From the IMG/VR virus record IMGVR_UViG_3300017971_000191: 64,000 bases of DNA, one strand, 5' to 3'. Shown in pieces: positions 48,089 through 57,682 of this stretch (its first letter is position 1; the number at the start of each line of letters is the position of its first letter). The position numbers and the translations under genes are program-made. The notes under the pieces were generated by a model. It saw nothing but the letters and a program-made list of their open reading frames with translations. It searched no databases and had not been told where the DNA came from. Source of the stretch: a virus (taxonomy: Duplodnaviria; Heunggongvirae; Uroviricota; Caudoviricetes).

Positions 48089-48904
48089 TTAGAGGGGTTT
48101 GCGGAGGAGGCCGGAGAAGGCCACGGTCCGCGTGTGCTGCGTCTCTTCCAAGATGCCGCAGACTTCCTTGCTGTCGGCCAGCAACAACGCTCCAGGGTAC
48201 CTGGTAGCCCCGGCCACGATCGAGACCAATAGCTTGGGTTGAGGGCTACGATAGGAGCGCAGGCGGGTATCCTCCAGCCTGGGAAGGGCGCGACGACCGC
48301 GGGCAACCAGAACGCCGCCACGAGAGAAGTAGACGTCGTGGTCGTAGGGCTCGATCTTGTGCAGCAGAAAGGAGCCGCAATGCGGGATCTGCTCCAGCTC
48401 GGTATGCCGCTCCCCGGCCTCCGCCCTGATCCTGGCCACCAGGTCCTTGGGAGAAGGCGCCGGTTCGGCGCCGAACTTGCTATACCGTATCCGGTATTGA
48501 AAGGTGATCACATAGGGGATGTCCCCGTCCGCCCGGATCTGCTCCATGGCGGCAATGGTCCTCAGGTAGACCTGGGCCGTGAACATCCGCCCCCAACAGA
48601 ACGGGCAGATACGAGGGCGCCCACAGGGCCGCAGTCGCTTCCCCTTCGGGTACGTGACGCCGAAGTAGGGACAGTTCTTCATGTAGGACAGGCGTGGACC
48701 ATTCGCAATTAGCGGCGGCCAGCCGACCTCCATCAGACCGTCGAGCTGCTGGACCCAGAGATGCTTGACCTGGCGGCACATCGCCAGGATGCCCTCCGGG
48801 GAGCCACGAAACGACTTGCGACCCGTGAGGGCGCCCAGCACTGCCGCATACATGCAACGCTGGTAGTGAGCGTAGCCGACTTCCAGCTTTTCGCTACCCG
48901 GCAT
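48089..48904 (-). CDS. Hypothetical protein with Zn-binding Cys motifs
   Basis: NCPY...PCG...ICPFC. Confidence 0.55.
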   Translation of the reverse strand: MPGSEKLEVGYAHYQRCMYAAVLGALTGRKSFRGSPEGILAMCRQVKHLWVQQLDGLMEVGWPPLIANGPRLSYMKNCPYFGVTYPKGKRLRPCGRPRICPFCWGRMFTAQVYLRTIAAMEQIRADGDIPYVITFQYRIRYSKFGAEPAPSPKDLVARIRAEAGERHTELEQIPHCGSFLLHKIEPYDHDVYFSRGGVLVARGRRALPRLEDTRLRSYRSPQPKLLVSIVAGATRYPGALLLADSKEVCGILEETQHTRTVAFSGLLRKPL

Positions 48905-49403
48905 TGTCCTCCTCGTCACAAGCACAGTCGGGGTCTCCGGGACACTCCACGGCCGCGTCGGTCTCCTCGCAGACGCAGTCCGGGTCGCGAGGACAAGTCG
49001 CCACGCGGATGGTGTGGCTGTCGGACTCCAGGTCCTCGTTGGCCTGCTTGGCCAGCATGGCCAGCGTCTCCGTGGTGTAGGCGACGACGTCCTTGTCTCG
49101 GTTCTGCCTGCGCTCCCACCACTCCCGGAGCTTCTCCACGATGACGTGCACGACCACGCCGATGAAGATGTGCACCAGGATGTAACCGAGCAGCCCGAAC
49201 CCGTAGACGGCGGTGTACCTGGTCTTGATGGCCTTGACCAGCTCCTGCTCACTGTCGGGGTTGGGGTTCTCGTTCAGCTCGATTACGGCACAGTTGATCA
49301 GCCGACGACTGGCCTTGGGGCGCCTCGTCAGCCGGGAGTCGGAGGCAATCACCTCCTCCTGAAGCCGGCCCAACATGGTCTGGCTTCTCGTGACGTTACT
49401 CAT
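48894..49403 (-). CDS. Membrane protein with duplicated CPxDPDCxC motif
   Basis: One TM segment; CPRDPDCVC and CPGDPDCAC. Confidence 0.6.
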   Translation of the reverse strand: MSNVTRSQTMLGRLQEEVIASDSRLTRRPKASRRLINCAVIELNENPNPDSEQELVKAIKTRYTAVYGFGLLGYILVHIFIGVVVHVIVEKLREWWERRQNRDKDVVAYTTETLAMLAKQANEDLESDSHTIRVATCPRDPDCVCEETDAAVECPGDPDCACDEEDNAG

Positions 49404-49605
49404 AGCACTTCTCCTGGGGTGAAGATGGTCATACCGGTATCGTGAAAACTTTACCGGTTGACCACCGGTCAACACGCTAAATGTTTACCGCTTTAACCCC
49501 TATCGGGGTTACTAAGAGGACCCCTCCGAGCACTCGGGGCCCTCAAGGGGTTTGACCAATATCGAAGACAAGTCAGATGTGGGAACGTCGGCGGCGATTG
49601 GGTGG

Positions 49606-49950
49606 TCACCGTTTCTTCTTCTTTCGTCTTCGTCGTGGCGGGCGATTCCAGTTGGGATGGGGAACGCCCATCTTGTCGAGTCGTTGCTTGCAGTCCAGGA
49701 TCGTACGATCACCTACGTTGGCGATCGTCACCAGGTCCACGCGCTCCATACTGGCGAGCTGTCCGACGTTGAAGCAGCCTCGTTCCTCCAGGGCGTTGAC
49801 GGTTCGCACAGGGAGACCGACATCGGCGAGTGACGTCTCCTTGATGGATTCTAGCTCTTCTGCCCGACGCTCTTCGTCGGACATGAACTTGTTGAAGTCC
49901 GGGTCCGGTGGTCGTCGACGACGACGGTTCTGGGGACCGAATTGTTTCAC
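49606..49950 (-). CDS. Standalone RNA polymerase alpha-subunit C-terminal domain-like protein
   Basis: SLADVGLPVRTVNALEERGCFNVGQL...DLVTIANVGDRTI matches the alpha-CTD pattern. Confidence 0.85.
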   Translation of the reverse strand: MKQFGPQNRRRRRPPDPDFNKFMSDEERRAEELESIKETSLADVGLPVRTVNALEERGCFNVGQLASMERVDLVTIANVGDRTILDCKQRLDKMGVPHPNWNRPPRRRRKKKKR

Positions 49951-50345
49951 CAGATACCTCGTAAGTCTCCGCCGTTGTACTGCTCTTCACTCCTCGGCGT
50001 GGCGGGGTTGAGATTGCCGTAGCCATAACGCGGAACATGTTCGGTGGGACCGGTGTGGAATCTGGCCTTGAAGCACGCCTCGCACAGCACCAGCTCGGTG
50101 CCGTCGTGGTCGTCGATCTCGATCATCTCCCGGGGTTGGCCGATCTCCTTGCTCTCTCCGCAGTCACTGCACGGTTCTCCCTGCCGAGGGTGGAACGGTA
50201 GCCGTCCTTGATCGAACAGCTTCGTGAGCCGGTTGTTCCGCCTGCGGCGGATCAACAGCTCTGTGAGCGAGATTCCATTCTCACCCATCGAGCGACCTCC
50301 TATGTCGGATGCCCCTTCTCGTCGAACTCTTTCCAAAGGCCACAC
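49947..50345 (-). CDS. Hypothetical Zn-finger protein
   Basis: CSDC...CEAC. Confidence 0.5.
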   Translation of the reverse strand: MWPLERVRREGASDIGGRSMGENGISLTELLIRRRRNNRLTKLFDQGRLPFHPRQGEPCSDCGESKEIGQPREMIEIDDHDGTELVLCEACFKARFHTGPTEHVPRYGYGNLNPATPRSEEQYNGGDLRGIW

Positions 50346-51085
50346 GGTTTCGGTTCACAGGCGCCGGCGTAACCTTTGGCCGACTGGTAGGGCTGTACAG
50401 GGCCCGTGAACTCTTCGTACGCAATTTGACAGATCTGGACGCCGGCGTAAATGCGAACTGCCTCGACGACGCTCAGTTCGAGTGTCCAGCAGCCGCAGAA
50501 TCCCACGTCCCCGAAGCCTGCCGTCGAGTGGATGTTGATCCCCAGCCGGCCCACCGAGGAGCGGCCCTCGATGCACGGGACCAGTGTGTGGGTCTCGGTG
50601 TACTCAAATGTAGCACCGAGATAGAGCCGTCCGGGGACGAGGACGATGCCTTTTTCGGGGATCTTCAGCGTCCGCGTCTTGTTCTCCTTGGCCATGTCCA
50701 GCACGTCTCTCCACTTGGCCAGCTCCAACGGCAGCGGCCGGCGTATTGAATGGCCGATGCCTCCCCGCAGGGAAGAGAACATGCGGGCCCGCTGGATAGC
50801 TTTGGTTTCGTCCCGCCGCGAGACGCGGGCGCTGGCGGCATGTTCACGGCGGACCGGGTCCAGATCGGTTCGCCAGACGGGGGATGGTTTCAATCCACAA
50901 CCGCCACGGCCGCAGGCACGGCGGAGTTGATAGTCCTCGACGGCCGGCATGGTGTCGTAGACCACCAGCGTGTCGGCCAGCCGCAGATTGTAGCTGTTGG
51001 GGTTGAGCTGCGCTGGCTCGAACGGGTCGATGATGAGTTCATCTTTCTCCACCAGCTCGCGGATCTTCATTCCTGATAGCTTCAT
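50300..51085 (-). CDS. dcd: dCTP deaminase with internal insertion
   Basis: LNPNSYNLRL, EGRSSVGRLG, AGFGDVGF.G..TLE and ICQI. Confidence 0.92.
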   Translation of the reverse strand: MKLSGMKIRELVEKDELIIDPFEPAQLNPNSYNLRLADTLVVYDTMPAVEDYQLRRACGRGGCGLKPSPVWRTDLDPVRREHAASARVSRRDETKAIQRARMFSSLRGGIGHSIRRPLPLELAKWRDVLDMAKENKTRTLKIPEKGIVLVPGRLYLGATFEYTETHTLVPCIEGRSSVGRLGINIHSTAGFGDVGFCGCWTLELSVVEAVRIYAGVQICQIAYEEFTGPVQPYQSAKGYAGACEPKPCGLWKEFDEKGHPT

Positions 51086-51291
51086 CCTTCGCTGTCTCCT
51101 CCCTCCTGGTTATCTTTGCGCACGGTTTCCGGCACAACTTGCCTTTCGAGGACGCCCTCCATCCTGACTTCTTCCTCGGAGACCGTGTCTCCTTCCTCGA
51201 ATCGTTCGTAGGCCTCTTCCAGTCGGCTGGCCTCGACACGGTAGCGGCAGCGCACGGAACGTACCTCGATAACCTCTGCTTCGTAGATCAT
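51082..51291 (-). CDS. Small hypothetical protein
   Basis: Translationally coupled 69-aa ORF. Confidence 0.5.
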   Translation of the reverse strand: MIYEAEVIEVRSVRCRYRVEASRLEEAYERFEEGDTVSEEEVRMEGVLERQVVPETVRKDNQEGGDSEG

Positions 51292-51656
51292 GCTTTCTCC
51301 TTGGGCGAATAGACTTTGCCTTTGCGCAACAGACGCAGGAACCTTCTAATCGCCTCGTCACGTCCCTTGGCACCCTTCAGCTCCAACTCGTGTCCGGCTA
51401 GGCTGAACAGGGTGAAGGTTGAATGTCGGACCTGGGTTCCCTGGCGTACGATGCCGACGCCAAGCGTCTCGCAATACACCATGGCGTAGTCCATGGGACT
51501 GGTCCCAGTGACGTTGCCGGCGTGGTCGAGAACCCGGGTCAGCGCCGCCTTGCCCACCCGCTTGATAGGCTCCCCGTGGCTGTCGGTGCAGTCCGGGGGC
51601 TTGTAGCGGGGAGGCTTCGGCGGCTCCTCGCCGAAGTATTCTTGCAGGTCGTTCAT
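51288..51656 (-). CDS. Hypothetical protein
   Basis: Translationally coupled ORF. Confidence 0.55.
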   Translation of the reverse strand: MNDLQEYFGEEPPKPPRYKPPDCTDSHGEPIKRVGKAALTRVLDHAGNVTGTSPMDYAMVYCETLGVGIVRQGTQVRHSTFTLFSLAGHELELKGAKGRDEAIRRFLRLLRKGKVYSPKEKA

Positions 51657-52327
51657 CTAGCCACAACCACCCTCTTGGTGGTGGGAACCATGATCTCCTG
51701 CTCCTCGACTTTGTGCTCAGTACAGAAGTCGATAAACCGCTTGATGCAGCAATCGACGGTGTCGTCGAAGTCCCACACCAAGTTGAGCCGGTCGCGGAGG
51801 GCGTCGAAGTCCCAATCCTCGAAGTCCTCGCGGTGGTCGGTGCCCCGGCCGGGCCAGCACATTCGCTGGACGAAGGGGTAGTCGATCAGCCCTTCCTCCC
51901 CGCAGCGACCGCAGACGTCGGCGTCCTTCTTGTAGTTGCCCTGGCCGCAGGAGATGCAGTACCGCTTGTAGCACTTGCCCGGCTCCTGGAAGCCGCCCTG
52001 GTAGAGCACCAGGTAGCCGCCGGAGCGGCCGTTGGTGCCGATCTGCCAGCGGTGGCCGTAGCTGCAATCGAACTCCCAGATCGTCTGGCGGATGCCGGAG
52101 GCCTCCCACCAGTCGCTGTCCGCTCCGACGACGTCGAAGGCGATTGACTCGGTCTCCTTGTCGGGGAACTCTACGTGGGTGACCTTGATGCAGCGGGCGT
52201 AGCTCGTGGAGTCGTTCCACGAGTTCATCGTGTTGTAACGTGGGTGCCCTTCGAGGAACTCGCGAATGTCCTTCTTCGAGCGAGGCTTCTTCTTCGGGCG
52301 GGTCCAGTGTTGGTTGGCCCAAACCAT
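51653..52327 (-). CDS. Hypothetical protein with Zn ribbon
   Basis: NGRSGGYLVLY; CISC...CGRC. Confidence 0.6.
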   Translation of the reverse strand: MVWANQHWTRPKKKPRSKKDIREFLEGHPRYNTMNSWNDSTSYARCIKVTHVEFPDKETESIAFDVVGADSDWWEASGIRQTIWEFDCSYGHRWQIGTNGRSGGYLVLYQGGFQEPGKCYKRYCISCGQGNYKKDADVCGRCGEEGLIDYPFVQRMCWPGRGTDHREDFEDWDFDALRDRLNLVWDFDDTVDCCIKRFIDFCTEHKVEEQEIMVPTTKRVVVAR

Positions 52328-52581
52328 GTTGATCTCCTAGCCAGGACCGTCAGGGAGACAGCCAAGTTCGGTAAACTCCTTGACGGTGCCTTTGAAGATT
52401 AGCGTGCAGCCCTTGAGGGCGCAGGCGTTGGTTGGAAGCCTCCAGACGTCGATCGCGGCTCGCGGTAGGAAGACTTCGTTCATCACTTTCAGCAGCGACT
52501 CGTAGTCGGTGCCGATGATGTCCGGGAGCGCCCAGCGATTGGGCATCTCGAAACCGGTCGAGTAGACCAGGTAGCTGTAGT

Positions 52582-53142
52582 TCATTTGAAGCATGGCCCG
52601 CGGGCCACGAGGTAGAGATGGTAGCAGGTCCCGATGGTGACCTGCGTGATGCGGGTGTTCATGAACGCCGGGACAACGGTCATCGACCCTTGCCGCCGGG
52701 CCCGCATCTGGTCGAGCCGGCCCTGGCCAAACTCCAGATTGCCGCCCTGGTACTCGGTGTCCTCCGCCAGAGGCACGAAAGCAGTCACCTTGTTCTGGGT
52801 CATGTCGGAGAGCCAGTTGATGCTGTGGTGCCATCCGTAGACGCCCTTGTCGCGGGCATCGTACTCGTGCAGCTCAACCGGCGCCATGAGCCGGATGTCG
52901 AATCCGAACAAGTCGTAATTCGCCCTCCAGAGCGCGTCTTTCAGCCGGAAGTAGATGGCCGACAGCTCATCCTGAATGGGATGGAGGATGCGAACCGTGC
53001 TTCGTCGCACCTGGCGATCTACCCGCTTGGCTAAGTAGCCGATTTCTCCGGGGCGGCCTTCCTTCTGGAGGAAGGCGTTGAGAAGAGTTTGACACTGACC
53101 GGGGTCCAGGACGTTGGGAATGGTCGTCAGCCAGTCCCTCAT
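52582..53142 (-). CDS. 2OG-Fe(II) oxygenase-fold protein, apparently catalytically degenerate
   Basis: RRSTV, YGWHHS, EYQGGNLEF and GSMTVVPAFMNTRITQVTIGTCY. Confidence 0.75.
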   Translation of the reverse strand: MRDWLTTIPNVLDPGQCQTLLNAFLQKEGRPGEIGYLAKRVDRQVRRSTVRILHPIQDELSAIYFRLKDALWRANYDLFGFDIRLMAPVELHEYDARDKGVYGWHHSINWLSDMTQNKVTAFVPLAEDTEYQGGNLEFGQGRLDQMRARRQGSMTVVPAFMNTRITQVTIGTCYHLYLVARGPCFK

Positions 53143-53609
53143 CGTCGTCTCCCCTTTCCGATGTAACGCATCGCGTAGTAGTCCTCGGGATCGTTGCTGT
53201 GCTGCGTCGTGCGAAAACAGTCGAACTTGCACGAGCGCATCAAGCACTGGCCGGCCATGTGCCGCTCGGGGACCTCGATGAGGATGATCCTCCGCCGCAG
53301 CTCCGGGAGCTGGTCAATGACATGCTCCACCAGCCGCCGGCCTAATCCTCGCCGCCACGCCGTAGGCTCGACAAGCAGGTGTCGAATCTGAACGATGTGG
53401 TGATGAACCGTGTAGAAGACGCCCCCCAGGATCTTCTTCTTTGCCAGAAGGACCTTGGGGTAGCAGCTCGGGATCTCGGCGAAGTCCAGCACCTCGTCGA
53501 GCGTCCACGCATCGACGGGTCGGAAGACCGTCTGTGAGATCTCCGCCACGCGCCAGGCCTCGCCTTCGCGCATCCAGCGGATGCGTGTTTTCTTCACCGT
53601 TCCGAGCAT
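53139..53609 (-). CDS. GNAT acetyltransferase, RimI-like
   Basis: IRWM, LLVEP..RRGLGRRL and IEVPE...Q. Confidence 0.8.
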   Translation of the reverse strand: MLGTVKKTRIRWMREGEAWRVAEISQTVFRPVDAWTLDEVLDFAEIPSCYPKVLLAKKKILGGVFYTVHHHIVQIRHLLVEPTAWRRGLGRRLVEHVIDQLPELRRRIILIEVPERHMAGQCLMRSCKFDCFRTTQHSNDPEDYYAMRYIGKGRRR

Positions 53610-54313
53610 TAGGGTTCCGTGTGGATGGCCGGGTTGAAGTCGTAAACCGTGAACCTCACCCGACCTTGTTCGTCCAGCTCTACAAGCTGCTGGACGTTAT
53701 TCTCTTTGACCAGTATCCTGGCCGCTTTGCTGAGCGCGTCGACGTAGCGGTTCAACTCGATGTCGTCCCGCTCGTTCCAGTGCCAGTGTAGCATGATGCC
53801 CTGGCGTTGGAAGTCCTCGAACACCCGCCACAGCGCTCCGTTGCGACGGGGCATCAGGTCCTCGCTCTCACCTCGCTCCCGACAGTACATGGAGTCGGTG
53901 ATGATGTGAACCTGGCGGATGCGTCGGGTCTTACCGTGCTTCCGTCGTTTTTCTTCCTCCGCGACGTACCAGTTCAGGGGCTGAAGATACGCCATCATTT
54001 CTGCGAAGTTGACCGTGCCTTTGTTCATCATCCCCCACCACACATCGCGTTCGAGTGTGAGGCGGTCGATGGACACGGTGGCCCAGCCGCACTGGCAATT
54101 CCAGTTGGAGCCGGACCCGTCTCCGATTAACAGCCAGTCCCAATCCTCGACTCCGAGGCGGTCTAGCATATTCTCCAGCAGCTCCCGCTCATTGATGTCG
54201 AGCGGGAGGTGAGGTTGGAACTCAGGCCTCGTCGCCGGCTTCTTCGTCAGCCGGTTCTTCGTCTTCCTCGGCGCCTTCCCGTTTCTTGACGGCGTGCTTC
54301 TTTGCTTGTTCAT
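53609..54313 (-). CDS. RNase H-like nuclease
   Basis: GDGSGS, TVNFAEMMA, IITDS and NRYVD acidic tetrad. Confidence 0.8.
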   Translation of the reverse strand: MNKQRSTPSRNGKAPRKTKNRLTKKPATRPEFQPHLPLDINERELLENMLDRLGVEDWDWLLIGDGSGSNWNCQCGWATVSIDRLTLERDVWWGMMNKGTVNFAEMMAYLQPLNWYVAEEEKRRKHGKTRRIRQVHIITDSMYCRERGESEDLMPRRNGALWRVFEDFQRQGIMLHWHWNERDDIELNRYVDALSKAARILVKENNVQQLVELDEQGRVRFTVYDFNPAIHTEP

Positions 54314-54668
54314 CGAGGGCTCCGATCTGCTTGAGCTTGTCAGCGATCTCTTGAGAGAGGTGAGAATGAAGCTCCACCAGGCGGTCGAGCACGCAACCGG
54401 ACAGGTAGAGGCAAGCATGGCCGCTGCCCACGATGGCGTCTACGTCGACGATCGGGCCCTCGCGGCCGATCCAGATGCCTCTGTTGACACCGTCTGTGTG
54501 GTTCAGCTTTCCGCGGTAGTCGATGAATACGCCGATGCTGCGGACGATGCCGGCATGCTTGTCCAGGACGCCCTGGATGGCCGGTTTCAACTCGTCGACG
54601 ATCTGCTGATCGAACATGGGTGGCGGCACGTCGCCGGGAGGCTGGCCGACTTTCTTCTTCTTGACCAC
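54222..54668 (-). CDS. Hypothetical protein
   Basis: 148 aa, GTG start. Confidence 0.6.
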   Translation of the reverse strand: MVKKKKVGQPPGDVPPPMFDQQIVDELKPAIQGVLDKHAGIVRSIGVFIDYRGKLNHTDGVNRGIWIGREGPIVDVDAIVGSGHACLYLSGCVLDRLVELHSHLSQEIADKLKQIGALDEQAKKHAVKKREGAEEDEEPADEEAGDEA

Positions 54669-54679
54669 GTTGGTTCCTT

Positions 54680-54697
54680 CTCAAAAGCGGTTTTGAG
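54680..54697. repeat. Intergenic palindromic element, copy 5 (inverted core GCGG)
   Basis: CTCAAAAGCGGTTTTGAG after the stop at 54705. Confidence 0.9.
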
Positions 54698-54704
54698 GTT
54701 AGTC

Positions 54705-55055
54705 CTATCCCGAATCCTCGTTTTGACTGACGTCATCCGGGATGTCCAGCTCGTTGAACTTGGGAGTTCGACAGAAGCTGTGTGTCAGATCGTTACCCAG
54801 GTTGGCCAGGCGAGCAACAGCGAAAGCGTACACTAGCAACCGCAGCAGTGGGACGTGGAGCGAGACGCAGGTGGCGAAGGCCACCCAGGGGGCCAGACAG
54901 AAGGCGCACATCAAAAGCTCGTGCAACCAGCCGTGAAGCCCTCCCTCCCAGAGTTCGACCCTGGCCCTCCAGGACGCGAAGAGGCTGGAGTGCCGCCAGA
55001 TCTCGATGATCTCCCAAACTGCCAACGAGGCGACGATCAGGTGGATAATGCTCAT
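54705..55055 (-). CDS. DUF1360-like membrane protein
   Basis: TM helices and ELLMCAFCLAPW. Confidence 0.65.
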   Translation of the reverse strand: MSIIHLIVASLAVWEIIEIWRHSSLFASWRARVELWEGGLHGWLHELLMCAFCLAPWVAFATCVSLHVPLLRLLVYAFAVARLANLGNDLTHSFCRTPKFNELDIPDDVSQNEDSG

Positions 55056-55088
55056 GTGATTCCGTGTATTTGGTCGCTCGGCGCGTGG

Positions 55089-55256
55089 CTATCTGCCTAT
55101 GGCCTTAACGGCCATCGCGCCCACAATGAGGGCACCTGCCAACCCGAGCCAGGGCAGCAAGTATCCGGTCACCGCTGTAAAGATCACCGTGACGACGGTG
55201 GCCCCGACAGCGATCGCAACAACGCCGGCTATGCCGGGGTCTGTTGAGCGACTCAT
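55089..55256 (-). CDS. 55-aa two-TM membrane protein (absent from the ORF track)
   Basis: Hand translation: MSRSTDPGIAGVVAIAVGATVVTVIFTAVTGYLLPWLGLAGALIVGAMAVKAIGR. Confidence 0.5.
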   Translation of the reverse strand: MSRSTDPGIAGVVAIAVGATVVTVIFTAVTGYLLPWLGLAGALIVGAMAVKAIGR

Positions 55257-55601
55257 CCGATGGGTTCGTCCCTGGGTTCGTGAGGAGTCCAGGGGAAGAA
55301 AGCCACCCGGTCTGGCGGCGGCGTGCCATCGGCAAGCTCGCTCTTCTGGGTCGTGCTGCCGGTCGGATACCGCTGAACCAAGGCCTTGCAGGGGCCGAAA
55401 CGCGGTCCAGGACCGGTATTCCGGCGGACTCCTTTCCGAGTCAGAAACAGCAGCGGACTTCGCGAGATCCCTTCCATTGGAACATCCTCACGGGTACACT
55501 AATTGCAGTCCTGCCTTCGTTTGCGACGGCGCTGAAGCCAGCATACCACAAACGTAGGCCCAAAACAAAGGTCGAAGAAAGCGGACACGGAGGTCCTTTC
55601 G

Positions 55602-57599
55602 ATGGATCAAGATCCCAATGAAGTTGGGATCGACTTGACGGCGGTCAGCAAGGTCCTCGCGGGCCGGAAGACGCTTCGCCAGCGTAAGGCTGAAGCAATC
55701 TCGGAAGCCGTCGACCTCGACTCCATCCTCCAGGTGAATCCGCTCTTGTCGGACCTGGAGCTTACGGGGTTCGAGGACGATCTCACGAGGCGACTGCTAG
55801 TCGCTTCTCATCTGATGAACAAGTCGGGGCGGACAACGCTCAAGCCGCTCTTGCCCCTCTTGCTGTCACTCAAGGGGAAGCCGTATCATCTCACGAACCA
55901 CTTCCCCTTCGAGCCTTTCTTCCGCACTCGCACGGCCGTCTCCACGCTGCTGAAAACGGGGCGGCAGGTCTCCAAATCGACCTCCCTGGCCGCACAAGGT
56001 GTGGTGTTCTCGAACTGCATCCCGTACTTCAGCACGCTGTACGTGACGCCTCTGTTCGAGATGATCAGACGGTTCTCCCAGAACTACGTCCGACCTTTCA
56101 TCGAGACAACTCCTTTCAGCCCGGTCCTCTGCGACCAGGCGTCGATGAAGAACGTCCTCCAGCGGAGCTTCCGCAACCGCTCCCAGATGATCTTCAGCTT
56201 CGCCTTCCTGGACGCCGAGCGTACCCGCGGTATCTCGGCTGACAAGAACGTGATCGACGAGGTCCAGGACATGGACAAGGACTTCCTGCCGATCATCCAC
56301 GAGACGATGTCCGGCTCGGAGGACTGGGGTATTAAGCAATATGCTGGGACCCCCAAGACCCTCGAAAATACTATAGAGGTGCTCTGGGGTGATTCCTCCC
56401 AGGCCGAATGGTTCATCCGTTGCCAGCACGCCGGATGTCGCCACTGGAACATCCCTTCGCTGGAGTTCGACCTGGTCGACATGATCGGGCCGTGGCACTC
56501 CAGCATCTCCGAGCAGAATCCCGGCGTCGTTTGCGCCAAATGCCGCAAGCCGCTCAACCCTCGTAAGGGCCGCTGGCGTCACCGTTTCCCCGAGCGGCGA
56601 TGGTCGTTCGCGGGCTACCATGTCCCGCAGATCATCATGCCCATGCACTATGCCAATCCCGAGAAGTGGGAGATCCTTCTCGGCAAGATGGCGGGCAAGG
56701 GCAACACGCCGATCCACGTCTTCTTCAACGAGGTCTGCGGGGAGTCGTACGACTCCGGTGCCCGCATGGTCACCGTCAGCGACCTGAAACAAGCAGCCTG
56801 CCTGCCGTGGCGACGGGACTTCGATGAGGCCAAGAAGCAGATCGGGGAGTACATGTACCGCATCGTGGCCGTCGACTGGGGTGGCGGTGGCGGTGTGAAA
56901 TCCGGCGTGAAGAAGCACAGCTCCGAGAAGCTGTACCAGTCCTACACCTCGATCGCCGTGATGGGCGTGCTGCCCAGCGGCAAGATCGACGTCCTCTGGG
57001 GCCACCGCTCGTTGCACCCGCACGAGCACGTCTTCGAGGCGAAGATGATCATGGGCGTCATGCACCACTTCAAATGCAGCCACGTCGTCCATGACTACAC
57101 CGGCGCCGGCTCCCGCCACGAGACGATCATGGTCCAGGCCGGCTTCCCCTTCAGTCGCTTGATCCCCGTAGCCTACACCGGCCCGGCCCGCGGCGACATC
57201 TTCACGCCCAAAGCGGCTACGGAGCTTCATCCGCGGGATCACTTCCAGTGCGACAAGTCCCGGTCCTTGGGCTACACCTGCGACATGATCAAGCATGGCC
57301 AGCTCCGCTTCTTCCAGTACGACCACCAGAGCAACGATGATGCCGGCCTGCTGTGGGACTTCCTGGCCCTGGTCGAGGAGAAGAGCGACATGGGAGGCGG
57401 GAAGGACAGCTTCAAGATCGTCCGCGATCCCAGCATGCCCGACGACTTTGCTCAGGCGGTGAACATCGGTGCCATGGCCCTCTGTCACATGATCAACAAG
57501 TGGCCGGATCTCACGGAGTTCACCGGGGCGAAGATCTCCAACGAGGCCCTCCAGGCCACCTTCCCCACGAAGGTCAAGGACTGGGACGATATTGGATAG
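55602..57599 (+). CDS. Terminase large subunit (lambda gpA-like)
   Basis: KTGRQVSKST, IDEVQD, GTPKT, Cys-rich linker, FFNEVCG and AVDWG nuclease motif; GGAGG RBS. Confidence 0.85.
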   Translation: MDQDPNEVGIDLTAVSKVLAGRKTLRQRKAEAISEAVDLDSILQVNPLLSDLELTGFEDDLTRRLLVASHLMNKSGRTTLKPLLPLLLSLKGKPYHLTNHFPFEPFFRTRTAVSTLLKTGRQVSKSTSLAAQGVVFSNCIPYFSTLYVTPLFEMIRRFSQNYVRPFIETTPFSPVLCDQASMKNVLQRSFRNRSQMIFSFAFLDAERTRGISADKNVIDEVQDMDKDFLPIIHETMSGSEDWGIKQYAGTPKTLENTIEVLWGDSSQAEWFIRCQHAGCRHWNIPSLEFDLVDMIGPWHSSISEQNPGVVCAKCRKPLNPRKGRWRHRFPERRWSFAGYHVPQIIMPMHYANPEKWEILLGKMAGKGNTPIHVFFNEVCGESYDSGARMVTVSDLKQAACLPWRRDFDEAKKQIGEYMYRIVAVDWGGGGGVKSGVKKHSSEKLYQSYTSIAVMGVLPSGKIDVLWGHRSLHPHEHVFEAKMIMGVMHHFKCSHVVHDYTGAGSRHETIMVQAGFPFSRLIPVAYTGPARGDIFTPKAATELHPRDHFQCDKSRSLGYTCDMIKHGQLRFFQYDHQSNDDAGLLWDFLALVEEKSDMGGGKDSFKIVRDPSMPDDFAQAVNIGAMALCHMINKWPDLTEFTGAKISNEALQATFPTKVKDWDDIG

Positions 57600-57635
57600 G
57601 CTCGCCCGCAAGTGCCCGGCAGCGCTTGCGGTAAA

Positions 57636-57675
57636 TCGGATGAACCTCGGATGGGCCTCGGATGAACCTCGGATG
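57636..57675. repeat. Tandem 11-bp repeat TCGGATG(aa/gg)CC, about 3.6 units
   Basis: tcggatgaacc tcggatgggcc tcggatgaacc tcggatg. Confidence 0.85.
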
Positions 57676-57682
57676 AGAGCCC

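Noticed and set aside
52546-52563. ctcgaaaccggtcgag as a seventh palindrome copy
   Set aside because: Several mismatches and a different length; probably chance.
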